Virus record (IMG/VR): IMGVR_UViG_3300010354_000057
Location: 1 to 64,000 of that record
DNA: 64,000 nucleotides
Source of the DNA: a virus
Reading direction: 5' to 3' (one strand)
The position numbers were made by a program, and so were the translations under genes. Below are positions 56,257-64,000 of the stretch, in pieces. Below the pieces are notes generated by a model. That model saw only the letters and a list, made by a program, of their open reading frames with translations. It was not told the origin of the DNA and ran no database searches. Numbering within the stretch: the stretch's first letter is position 1; each line of letters opens with the position of its first letter.

Positions 56257-56833
56257 GAAATTACCTAAAAGAATATTTTTTACTGGAGTTCCTGGATCCC
56301 GTTGGAGTGGTATCGCACAGACGCTAGAAATGATGTCTGGTATGAATACCTCTGACCGCACACCTGAGCGTGAATACGTTCATCATAGTTATACTGGACA
56401 CAAAGGAGCGTATTTTGGACCTGGCATGGAGTTTGAACCAATTCTTGATCCAGATTATATTGATCAGGCATGGATTGAACCTCAGGGGTGTAAACTTGTT
56501 AAAAGTCATGAATGGTCTTATTATCTAGGTGAAATCCGTCAGAAGTTTCCAGACGACTGGATAATGATGGTTTATCGTCCTGATATGACTAGTTATGCAT
56601 GGTGGCATGAAGCTGGAGGTTTTCAAATACAATATCCTAATTATTCTCATTATAAAAATAGTAGTGTTATGCTATGTGAAATAATGCAACAAAACTCTTT
56701 TATTTTAAAATTTGGTATGGAAAATAAATGTAGTTGGGAATATTTTAATGAAGAATGGGTGCAGAAAAATTTTAATCAACAGATTATAGTGAATAATGTT
56801 CATAATGACATTTTAGTAACTTTGATAAAATAA
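56255..56833 (+). CDS. P-loop/sulfotransferase-like protein
   Basis: IFFTGVPGSRWS, LVKSH, MVYR topology. Confidence 0.55.
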   Translation: MKLPKRIFFTGVPGSRWSGIAQTLEMMSGMNTSDRTPEREYVHHSYTGHKGAYFGPGMEFEPILDPDYIDQAWIEPQGCKLVKSHEWSYYLGEIRQKFPDDWIMMVYRPDMTSYAWWHEAGGFQIQYPNYSHYKNSSVMLCEIMQQNSFILKFGMENKCSWEYFNEEWVQKNFNQQIIVNNVHNDILVTLIK

Positions 56834-56837
56834 GAAA

Positions 56838-57710
56838 ATGTCTTTAATAGGAATTCATAAATGGACTGACATAAATTGTCCAGAGTATAAAATATTTGAT
56901 ACGAACAAACAGGATGTAGATATTTCTTATTATAACGATCTTGGATATGAAGCATTTGATCCAAATCAAAAAAATGTAATACTTATATTTTTTAAAAGTG
57001 GATCTGGAGGTTTGTTTTTAGGAAATTGTTTATCTCTAAGTGATAATTTTTTATGCAAATACAAGAATATAGATGAGAAATTAAATTTTTTAAAAGAAAG
57101 TATTAAATCACAAGAAGTATTTTGGAATGATATTTACCTTAGTTCAATAGTAGACTATGGTGATGTTGAAAACACTGAAAAATATTCTTTAGTATATGAT
57201 CATAATCCTAAAACCATAAAGTATCATTTTAAACATTGGAAAAATTTAAATGTTATATATTTTAAAAATCCAGATCTTTTTTGTAGAGTAAGAAGAGTTT
57301 TAAAGAATTTTAATGGATATATTTCACATACTAGTTCAGAAAAAATAAAAAAAGTAGAAGTAAAAGAAATACCAAAATCAATTAAACAATATAGATCTCT
57401 TTCTAAAAAAGATCAAAATTTTTTAAAAGAGCTTTATTTTAGTGATGAAAAACTTTATACGTCTTCATTTTTAAATAACAAGAAACTATTTTACGTTTGG
57501 GACACAAATTGGTATTTTTCTGAGGAAGATACTGTAACTCATATTAAAGAACTTTATGATCTTTTTAATTTATCTGGGTTTAATGAATATGCTATAAAAG
57601 AATATTATAAAATATGGATTGAAAAGATAGATGATTTGAGAACTTTGGATTTTAATAGTATTAAACATTTATCCGAAGATCAAAATACATTTGATAGAAG
57701 TATTTTTTAA
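56838..57710 (+). CDS. WDTNWY-family P-loop/sulfotransferase-like protein, copy 1
   Basis: SGSGGLFL.NCL.LS, FWND, YFKNPDLFC..R, WDTNWYFSEEDT, YY..W. Confidence 0.6.
   Translation: MSLIGIHKWTDINCPEYKIFDTNKQDVDISYYNDLGYEAFDPNQKNVILIFFKSGSGGLFLGNCLSLSDNFLCKYKNIDEKLNFLKESIKSQEVFWNDIYLSSIVDYGDVENTEKYSLVYDHNPKTIKYHFKHWKNLNVIYFKNPDLFCRVRRVLKNFNGYISHTSSEKIKKVEVKEIPKSIKQYRSLSKKDQNFLKELYFSDEKLYTSSFLNNKKLFYVWDTNWYFSEEDTVTHIKELYDLFNLSGFNEYAIKEYYKIWIEKIDDLRTLDFNSIKHLSEDQNTFDRSIF
57492..57566 (+). repeat. Identical 75-bp block, copy 1
   Basis: TACGTTTGGGACACAAATTGG...GATCTTTTT, identical at 59484 and 60425. Confidence 0.9.
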
Positions 57711-57711
57711 T

Positions 57712-57787
57712 TTGACACTAAATAGTTTTTTGATTATAATAGATTTGTTATCATGATGATTTGAAATAAATCTTTATTTTATAAATA
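57712..57787 (+). promoter_or_regulatory. Tandem early (sigma70) and late (gp55-type) promoters
   Basis: TTGACA-N17-TATAAT at 57712-57740; TATAAATA at 57780-57787. Confidence 0.78.
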
Positions 57788-57824
57788 ATAATAAATTAAA
57801 GTAGGTTACTACGGAGTTAAAAAA

Positions 57825-58499
57825 ATGCTTTCTGGAAAAGAATTTGTACAAAAAATCAAGAGAGAGAATGCTGAACTTTTTGAACAATCTCGCGTGAATG
57901 TTCGTCGTTTCTTTGCTTCAAACCCAAGCAAGGAGCACATGGTTGAGCATTTCCGTGGCCGCATGGTAAACGAAGCAATGAACATGAAAGCAATCGCTGC
58001 TGAGGTTGCTGCTGCTCCAGCATCTATGGATGTTACCGAACTTGAACTGCTGACTAAGCAAGCACAAGATGAGGCAAAGCACTTCCGTATGGTGAAGGAA
58101 GTTATTGAGCACATTTCTGGTGAGAAAGTAGATGTTGATGCTGCTTTCGCCGCAGAAGCTGCTGCTCCACAAGCAAAAGGTGCTACTCTACTCGATAAGT
58201 ATGGTGCATCTGAGGATCCTGCTGCTCTTGCTGCATATCAACTCGTCGCTGAGGGTCGTGCAGAGGCAGTCTGGAACGAAATGGCAGAGTGTGTAGAAGA
58301 TGAATTCATTTCTTCACGTTATGCTGCTATTGCTAAGGACGAAGGTTTCCACGCTAATATTGGTGGTTGGAAACTTGAGAAACTTGTAGAAGGTGCTGCT
58401 GACCTCCAGGAGCGCATTCTTGCAATGGTTGCTCAAATGCGTTCGGATCTTCTTGAAATCAGCAACAAGAACACCGCTGTTCCTTTTGCTGCTATCTGA
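57825..58499 (+). CDS. Ferritin-like diiron-carboxylate protein
   Basis: E...DEAKH and E...DEGFH paired ExxH motifs; GGAG RBS. Confidence 0.85.
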   Translation: MLSGKEFVQKIKRENAELFEQSRVNVRRFFASNPSKEHMVEHFRGRMVNEAMNMKAIAAEVAAAPASMDVTELELLTKQAQDEAKHFRMVKEVIEHISGEKVDVDAAFAAEAAAPQAKGATLLDKYGASEDPAALAAYQLVAEGRAEAVWNEMAECVEDEFISSRYAAIAKDEGFHANIGGWKLEKLVEGAADLQERILAMVAQMRSDLLEISNKNTAVPFAAI

Positions 58500-58515
58500 T
58501 AGATAAAAATATATT

Positions 58516-58770
58516 ATGAGTACTTTTGAAACAAGGCAACGTAAAGATAAAACTCGCATAATTAAGTGGGTTAGTGCCAGTACAATACTCATCGCAATGG
58601 TGTTTCATGTATTGGGGCTAACCCCTTGGAATAGCATCCTACAATTAATTGGTGCATCTGGTTGGACTTATGTTGGATTTAAATGGAAGGAACGTTCAAT
58701 CATAATGAACTTCCTTCCACAATTTTTTATTATCATACCTGGATTATTTTATTTGTTTTTTATAAAATGA
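58516..58770 (+). CDS. Small membrane protein (DUF6552-like)
   Basis: IKW, PWN, G..GW..VG..W.ER.I..N; three hydrophobic segments. Confidence 0.7.
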   Translation: MSTFETRQRKDKTRIIKWVSASTILIAMVFHVLGLTPWNSILQLIGASGWTYVGFKWKERSIIMNFLPQFFIIIPGLFYLFFIK

Positions 58771-59723
58771 CTAAAGAGGTTGATGAATTAAAAAATTCTT
58801 TAGATTTTAGTAAAATTAGGATAGGTTCACATCGATGGAATGTTCAGTCTGGTAGAGACCTTGAATATATTGAATGGGATAGTCTTCCAGAAGATGTAGA
58901 TGAACAGAGAGATAATCTATCAAGATATTTTTACGATCGTGATTATGAGAATGTTTTACTAATATTTTTTAAAAGTGGTGCTGGTGGATTATTTCTATCA
59001 AATTGTTTAGCATTGAGTGATAGTGTTGGTAGTATTTTTATAGACATAGAAGAAAAAATAAGATTTTTTAATAAGTACCTTGAATCTCAAAAAGTTTTTT
59101 GGAATGATTGTTATATAAACAATACTTCTCCAGAAATTCATCAAAATAACAAAGAATATTTTAGAAAAAAATATCATTTTATTTACGAACATAATCCAAA
59201 ATATATAAAAAGACATTTAAAGTTTTGGAGTAAATGTAACGTAATATACTTTACAAATCCAGATTTATTCTGTAAAATAAGGCAGTTATTAAAAAATATA
59301 GATGGTAATCTAGGATATATTAGTTATGAACATGTTAAACCTGATTTAACTGGGTATTCTGTACCAAAAAGTTTTAAAGACTTTTTTAATCTTCCCAAAG
59401 AAAGACAAGAAATTTTAAAAAATGTCTACAAGAGTGAAGAAAATATAAATTCTTTTTGTTTTTCAAAGAACAAGAAACTATTTTACGTTTGGGACACAAA
59501 TTGGTATTTTTCTGAGGAAGATACTGTAACTCATATTAAAGAACTTTATGATCTTTTTGGATTTAATGATTTTAACGCTGATGTAGTATCTCAGTTTTAT
59601 AGAAAGTGGATTTCTAAATTAGATGAACTTTCCATAAGAGAAATTCCTGATAATATACAAGAGTTACTTAAAAATGAAAAAAATTTTGATAAATCTATAA
59701 CCTCTTTTTGGGACTTATACTAA
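58767..59723 (+). CDS. WDTNWY-family protein, copy 2
   Basis: GSHRWN, SGAGGLFL.NCL.LS, FWND, NPDLFCKIR, WDTNWYFSEEDT. Confidence 0.62.
   Translation: MTKEVDELKNSLDFSKIRIGSHRWNVQSGRDLEYIEWDSLPEDVDEQRDNLSRYFYDRDYENVLLIFFKSGAGGLFLSNCLALSDSVGSIFIDIEEKIRFFNKYLESQKVFWNDCYINNTSPEIHQNNKEYFRKKYHFIYEHNPKYIKRHLKFWSKCNVIYFTNPDLFCKIRQLLKNIDGNLGYISYEHVKPDLTGYSVPKSFKDFFNLPKERQEILKNVYKSEENINSFCFSKNKKLFYVWDTNWYFSEEDTVTHIKELYDLFGFNDFNADVVSQFYRKWISKLDELSIREIPDNIQELLKNEKNFDKSITSFWDLY
59484..59558 (+). repeat. Identical 75-bp block, copy 2
   Basis: Direct comparison with copies 1 and 3. Confidence 0.9.
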
Positions 59724-60664
59724 TGAATAAAAAAATTAATTTAGGATCTCATAGGTGGAATCCTTTGTCAAATAGAAGTCTTGAATACATTAAATGGGAT
59801 AAAGTTCCAGAAGATGTGCAATATCAAAGAAAAAACCTCAAAAGATCTTTTTATGATCGTGATTATGAAAAAGTTATAGTTTTGTTTTTTCAAAGTGGGT
59901 CTGGTGGGTTATTTTTAGCTAATTGTCTATCATTAAGTAATTCTGTTTGTAGTTCATTTGTACACGTAAATGAAAAAATACAATTACTTAATAATTATTT
60001 GAAGAGACAGAAAGGAACTTTTTGGAATGATCTTTATATTAATAATTATTATCCAGAATTATTTCAAGAAGATGGAGAAAATAAAGAAGAGGGAATATGG
60101 CATACTACAGATGGGTACTTCTTTATTCATGAACACGAAGCTAAAAATATACCAATTCATTTAGAATTTTGGAATAATGCTAATATGATATATTTCAAAA
60201 ATCCAGATCTTTTTTGTAAGATTAGGAAACTCCTTAAGAATATTGATGGTAGACTTGGGTATATGAGTTACGAACCACTTAAACAAACTAAAGAACAATA
60301 TCCAATTCCATCGAGTTTTTCTGAATTTTTTAAATTATCTAAAAAAGAACAGGAAGAGTTAAAAGATGTATATAAAAGCGCAGACATATATACATCATCA
60401 TTTTTAAAGAATAAAAAATTATTATACGTTTGGGACACAAATTGGTATTTTTCTGAGGAAGATACTGTAACTCATATTAAAGAACTTTATGATCTTTTTG
60501 GATTTAATGATTTTAATAAAAAGGCAATAATTAACTATTACAATCAGTGGATCGAAAAATTGGATGAATTAAGTTCTAGACCAATACCTAATAATTTGCC
60601 AGAACTGATTGGAAATAAAACTAATTATGATGTTCCTATAAGTAACTTTAAAGATTTAAAATGA
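59723..60664 (+). CDS. WDTNWY-family protein, copy 3
   Basis: GSHRWN, SGSGGLFL.NCL.LS, FWND, NPDLFCKIR, WDTNWYFSEEDT. Confidence 0.62.
   Translation: MNKKINLGSHRWNPLSNRSLEYIKWDKVPEDVQYQRKNLKRSFYDRDYEKVIVLFFQSGSGGLFLANCLSLSNSVCSSFVHVNEKIQLLNNYLKRQKGTFWNDLYINNYYPELFQEDGENKEEGIWHTTDGYFFIHEHEAKNIPIHLEFWNNANMIYFKNPDLFCKIRKLLKNIDGRLGYMSYEPLKQTKEQYPIPSSFSEFFKLSKKEQEELKDVYKSADIYTSSFLKNKKLLYVWDTNWYFSEEDTVTHIKELYDLFGFNDFNKKAIINYYNQWIEKLDELSSRPIPNNLPELIGNKTNYDVPISNFKDLK
60425..60499 (+). repeat. Identical 75-bp block, copy 3
   Basis: Direct comparison with copies 1 and 2. Confidence 0.9.
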
Positions 60665-60689
60665 TTAGTAAAGTATTTTGGTGTTTCAA

Positions 60690-61316
60690 ATGAAAAAAAT
60701 GGTAATTCTTACTGGACCTCAAGGATCTGGTAATCATCTATGGTCTAAGATATTTTCACTACATCCAAATGTATTTGGATGGAAAACTTTACTTGAAAAC
60801 TACTGGGAAGCGCATAGATTTGCTGAACCATTTTGTGAATATTGGAAAGATATAACAAAACTCAAAGATTTTGATTGGTCTACACATGATTATTTTTTTA
60901 CCAGTATTAGTGTTCCTCTGGGAATTAAAGAAACAAAATGGGAACCTAATATTATGAAGTTTTCTAATGAAGTAGAAAATTTGGGCATTAAAACTCAAAT
61001 AGTTGTAGTTGGTAGAGATCAAAATATTCTGAGGCATCAGCAAAATCGCCTTAGAAAGGAGAGTACTCTTCCGCATTTCATGAAACAACTTCCAGAGTTT
61101 CCTAATCCTATATTTTTAAGTTATGAACTTCTTTATCTTTATAAGCAGGATTATTTGAAGTCTTTGGATGTTGGGATTCCAATCGCTTGGGATGATCCAA
61201 GAATTGATGATATATTAACTAATGACCCTAATGATAAGTATGTTCATCATGTGGAAGAGTATTTTTTAGATAGATGTAATAGAACGGGAATTCCATTAAA
61301 ACAGATAAATGAGTAA
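60690..61316 (+). CDS. P-loop/sulfotransferase-like protein, paralog of 63225
   Basis: TGPQGSGNHLWS.IFS.HP.V.GWK.LL..YW, RD.NI...QQ.R.R, SYE. Confidence 0.62.
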   Translation: MKKMVILTGPQGSGNHLWSKIFSLHPNVFGWKTLLENYWEAHRFAEPFCEYWKDITKLKDFDWSTHDYFFTSISVPLGIKETKWEPNIMKFSNEVENLGIKTQIVVVGRDQNILRHQQNRLRKESTLPHFMKQLPEFPNPIFLSYELLYLYKQDYLKSLDVGIPIAWDDPRIDDILTNDPNDKYVHHVEEYFLDRCNRTGIPLKQINE

Positions 61317-62157
61317 TTATGATCTAGATTTATCAAATTATATAAAATTACAACTCATAGAATCTACTGATGATGAGTATATAATTTATAAGCAAAGTGA
61401 AAATTTTTTTCCAGAAGGAAATTTTCACTTTGTTCATAAAAATTATGATAAGATTATTTTGGTTATATATCCCTTTGCTTCTGGTGGAAATTTTTTAATT
61501 AATTGTTTATCGTTGAGTAACGATATTGCATCATCTCTTAAATCTTTATCAGACAAGATTAAATTTTTGGATAGTTCTCTTTCTTCTCAAGAAAAACACT
61601 GGGAAGATTTTCTTATCAATGACAAATTTTTTACTTATAGTGATGTAAAGAGTAAAAAAAAGGAAAAATATTTTTTTATAAAAACGCATTTAGTAAATAA
61701 AATAAAAAATCAGTCTACTAATCTTTCGGATACATCAAATAATATAAATTATCACTTAAAAAATTGGAAAAACTGTAAAAAAATAATATACATAAAAAAC
61801 ACAAGACTATTTTGTAATCTTAGAAGATGTATTTTAAAAAAATCTGTGGAAAATGGATTATACGAAAAAATACCCTTACAAATTGGGGATTATTTTAAAT
61901 TATCGGATGATAAGAAAGAATTATTGAAGAAAATATACAACGATAAAATTCAAAAATATTCTTATTGTGATATTCAATCTAAAATTGAATATTATGTATG
62001 GGATGCTAATTGGTATTTGTCAGAACAAGATACTATTTTTAACATTAGACAATTTTATGATGCTATTGGACTGTCTCAATTTAATGAAAAATATTTAAAA
62101 CATTTTTATAACTCTTGGATGAATACTATCATAAGACTTAGAAAAATTGATTTGTAA
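61309..62157 (+). CDS. WDTNWY-family protein, copy 4
   Basis: ASGGNFLINCLSLS, W.D, IKTH, KNT.LFC.LRR, WDANWY. Confidence 0.6.
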   Translation: MSNYDLDLSNYIKLQLIESTDDEYIIYKQSENFFPEGNFHFVHKNYDKIILVIYPFASGGNFLINCLSLSNDIASSLKSLSDKIKFLDSSLSSQEKHWEDFLINDKFFTYSDVKSKKKEKYFFIKTHLVNKIKNQSTNLSDTSNNINYHLKNWKNCKKIIYIKNTRLFCNLRRCILKKSVENGLYEKIPLQIGDYFKLSDDKKELLKKIYNDKIQKYSYCDIQSKIEYYVWDANWYLSEQDTIFNIRQFYDAIGLSQFNEKYLKHFYNSWMNTIIRLRKIDL

Positions 62158-62159
62158 TT

Positions 62160-62879
62160 ATGTGGCAACCATTCTTCCCTTCACTATATGATTTTAGTTA
62201 TACTAATCATAATGATAGAATAAAAAATTTTTATTCCACATTCAAATTTAAAAATAATAAAAATTCTATTATAGTTATTTTTGATGGAGGATCTGGTGGA
62301 GGATTTCTTGTCAATTGTTTATCTTTAAGTGATAAGATAGGATCTACTATTAATAATAAAATTGATTTTCTTTTAGGGAAATTAGATAATATGGGTGTTG
62401 TTTGGGAAGACTTTCATTTAAATAATATTATTGAAGATGGTAAATATTTTTTTATTTTAGATCACCCCTTTACCTCAAAAGTTCTCAAATATCACCTAAA
62501 AACGTGGAATAGTAAAATAGTAATATTATTTAAAAATACTAATTATTTTTGTAAACTTAGAAGATGTGTTTGGAATGTTAATGGTGAAATATGTTATGAT
62601 GAAGAATATAAAGATGGAATTATTAAAACTGAAAATAAATTAGAGAGATACAATGATAAAAATCAAACATATTCTTTTTGTGATTTAGATAATAAGATTA
62701 ATTTTTATATTTGGGATACTAATTGGTATTTTTCTTTTGAAGAAACTATTTTTAATTTAAATCAATTATATAATTTATTGGAATTGGGGAGTATTGACGA
62801 AAAAGCAATAAAGAAGTATTATAATGTTTGGATAAAAAAAATTAATGATCTAAAAAATATATCTGTAAAACATGGATAA
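62160..62879 (+). CDS. WDTNWY-family protein, copy 5
   Basis: GGSGGGFLVNCLSLS, WEDF, KNT..FCKLRR, WDTNWY. Confidence 0.6.
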   Translation: MWQPFFPSLYDFSYTNHNDRIKNFYSTFKFKNNKNSIIVIFDGGSGGGFLVNCLSLSDKIGSTINNKIDFLLGKLDNMGVVWEDFHLNNIIEDGKYFFILDHPFTSKVLKYHLKTWNSKIVILFKNTNYFCKLRRCVWNVNGEICYDEEYKDGIIKTENKLERYNDKNQTYSFCDLDNKINFYIWDTNWYFSFEETIFNLNQLYNLLELGSIDEKAIKKYYNVWIKKINDLKNISVKHG

Positions 62880-63228
62880 TTATTCAAAATTAATAAATGT
62901 ATCTGAAAGTATAGATGCGACTGAAGAACAATTATTAAAATTGTCTAACCATAAACATTATGGAATAAGATATAGAGTTGCAAAAAATGTAAATACAACA
63001 GAAAGTATTTTGTCTAATCTTGTTGATGACAATACTATATCTGTTAGATACGAAGTTGCTAGAAATAAAAATACAAATCTCAGGGATTTGGTAAAATTAT
63101 TAAAGGATAAAAGTTCTATAGTTGTTATTGCTGCCAAAAATAATTTAGAAGAAAGAACAAAAAAAGAAATAACAACTCCAGATACTATAGGAATAAGAAA
63201 AGTTAAATTAATAACCGAACATTTTTGA
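62872..63228 (+). CDS. LRV/HEAT-like repeat protein
   Basis: Repeats L..L..D....VR..VA.N.NT. Confidence 0.75.
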   Translation: MDNYSKLINVSESIDATEEQLLKLSNHKHYGIRYRVAKNVNTTESILSNLVDDNTISVRYEVARNKNTNLRDLVKLLKDKSSIVVIAAKNNLEERTKKEITTPDTIGIRKVKLITEHF

Positions 63229-63884
63229 AAATGAAAAAACTTTTAATCATCACAGGACCACAAGGATCTGGTAATCATTTCTTTAGTAGAGTATTCAGTA
63301 CACATCCAGAAGTTGGTGGATGGAAAAGTCTTCTTGAAAAGTATTGGGTTCCTAGTGATGAAGAATACTTTGCAAGATACTGGGTTTATCCTGAGGAACT
63401 TACGAAAAAAGATTTTGAAGGATATGATTATTGGTTGGCAAATGTAAGTTGCCCATTCTTTTATGATGGGGTCAGGTATGTCCCAAAGATTAAAGAAGTT
63501 GCAGAGAAAGCACAATCATTTGGAATTGATGTTCAGATTGCAATTATTGTAAGAGATCCGAATATCAATGGTCAGCAGCAACTGAGAGTTCGTGGAGAAA
63601 TTACAATTCCTATTGCACAAGATTACTACTACAATACTCTTATTCCTGCAGGATTTAAAGTTCACTTCCTAGATAATGAGGCGTTTTTCTTACACAGAGG
63701 ACATTATCTCAAATGGGTAAGTGAACTTTTAGATTTCCCTGTGGACTATAACAATCCTGATATTTTTAAGTTTATTACTGAAGATCCTAATAAAAAATAT
63801 GTGAATTATGTTGATGAATATTGGCTTGACAAAGAGGTGTGGGATGGGATAAGATCTAAGAAAGATAGGAATTTACATTCATGA
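63225..63884 (+). CDS. P-loop/sulfotransferase-like protein, paralog of 60690
   Basis: TGPQGSGNHFFS..FS.HP.V.GWK.LL..YW, RD.NI..QQ.R.R. Confidence 0.62.
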   Translation: MKMKKLLIITGPQGSGNHFFSRVFSTHPEVGGWKSLLEKYWVPSDEEYFARYWVYPEELTKKDFEGYDYWLANVSCPFFYDGVRYVPKIKEVAEKAQSFGIDVQIAIIVRDPNINGQQQLRVRGEITIPIAQDYYYNTLIPAGFKVHFLDNEAFFLHRGHYLKWVSELLDFPVDYNNPDIFKFITEDPNKKYVNYVDEYWLDKEVWDGIRSKKDRNLHS

Positions 63885-64000
63885 ATACTAATCCTGAATT
63901 TCCATATGAAAATTTTCCTTACAAATTAGAATATAAAGATGGTAAAGAAAAAAGAGTTTGTTACTTTGAATGTAAAGAACATTTGGATAAATATCTAGTT
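63881..64000 (+). CDS. Conserved cyanophage hypothetical protein, truncated by window end
   Basis: FPYENFPYKLEYK..CYFEC.EHL.KY. Confidence 0.6.
   Translation, partial: MNTNPEFPYENFPYKLEYKDGKEKRVCYFECKEHLDKYLV

Noticed and set aside
57825-58499. Calling this aldehyde-deformylating oxygenase or RNR small subunit
   Set aside because: Only the generic diiron ligand pattern is recognisable; family-specific sequence is not
57492-60499. 75-bp repeats as a CRISPR array or DGR template/variable repeats
   Set aside because: Copies are in-frame coding, 0.9-2 kb apart and identical; no adenine-specific variation, reverse transcriptase or cas gene in the window

Overview
AT-rich segment of a T4-like cyanophage (cyanomyovirus) genome. 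Core genes are recognisable for replication and transcription (thyX, phoH, exonuclease, gp33, gp59, gp32) and for the baseplate and tail (gp53, gp48, gp2, gp4, tube-like, gp26, gp51, hub, gp5, a 1961-aa fibre). Host-type auxiliary genes include the psbD 3' end, speD, cp12, a T-type bilin lyase and glutaredoxin. There are two tRNAs and an RNA-repair trio (Rnl1, kinase, HAD phosphatase). Two things stand out. (1) A compact nitrogen-sensing-like cassette at 5.83-6.44 kb: NtcA box, sigma70 promoter, tandem glutamine-riboswitch-like aptamers (the second encloses a complete 51-codon ORF), a YRG/DUF4278-like peptide, a basic peptide, and a terminator that contains the next promoter. (2) A large, partly dispersed set of tailoring enzymes: two carbamoyltransferases, about nine 2OG/cupin-fold oxygenases (one with a halogenase-like HxG motif), three radical SAM enzymes, a methyltransferase, a ferritin-like diiron enzyme with both early and late promoters, and eight P-loop/sulfotransferase-like proteins, three of which share an identical 75-bp block. 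The virion proteins repeatedly carry a G-[IVL]-x-T motif, a candidate modification site. All family assignments are by motif recognition; no searches were run.
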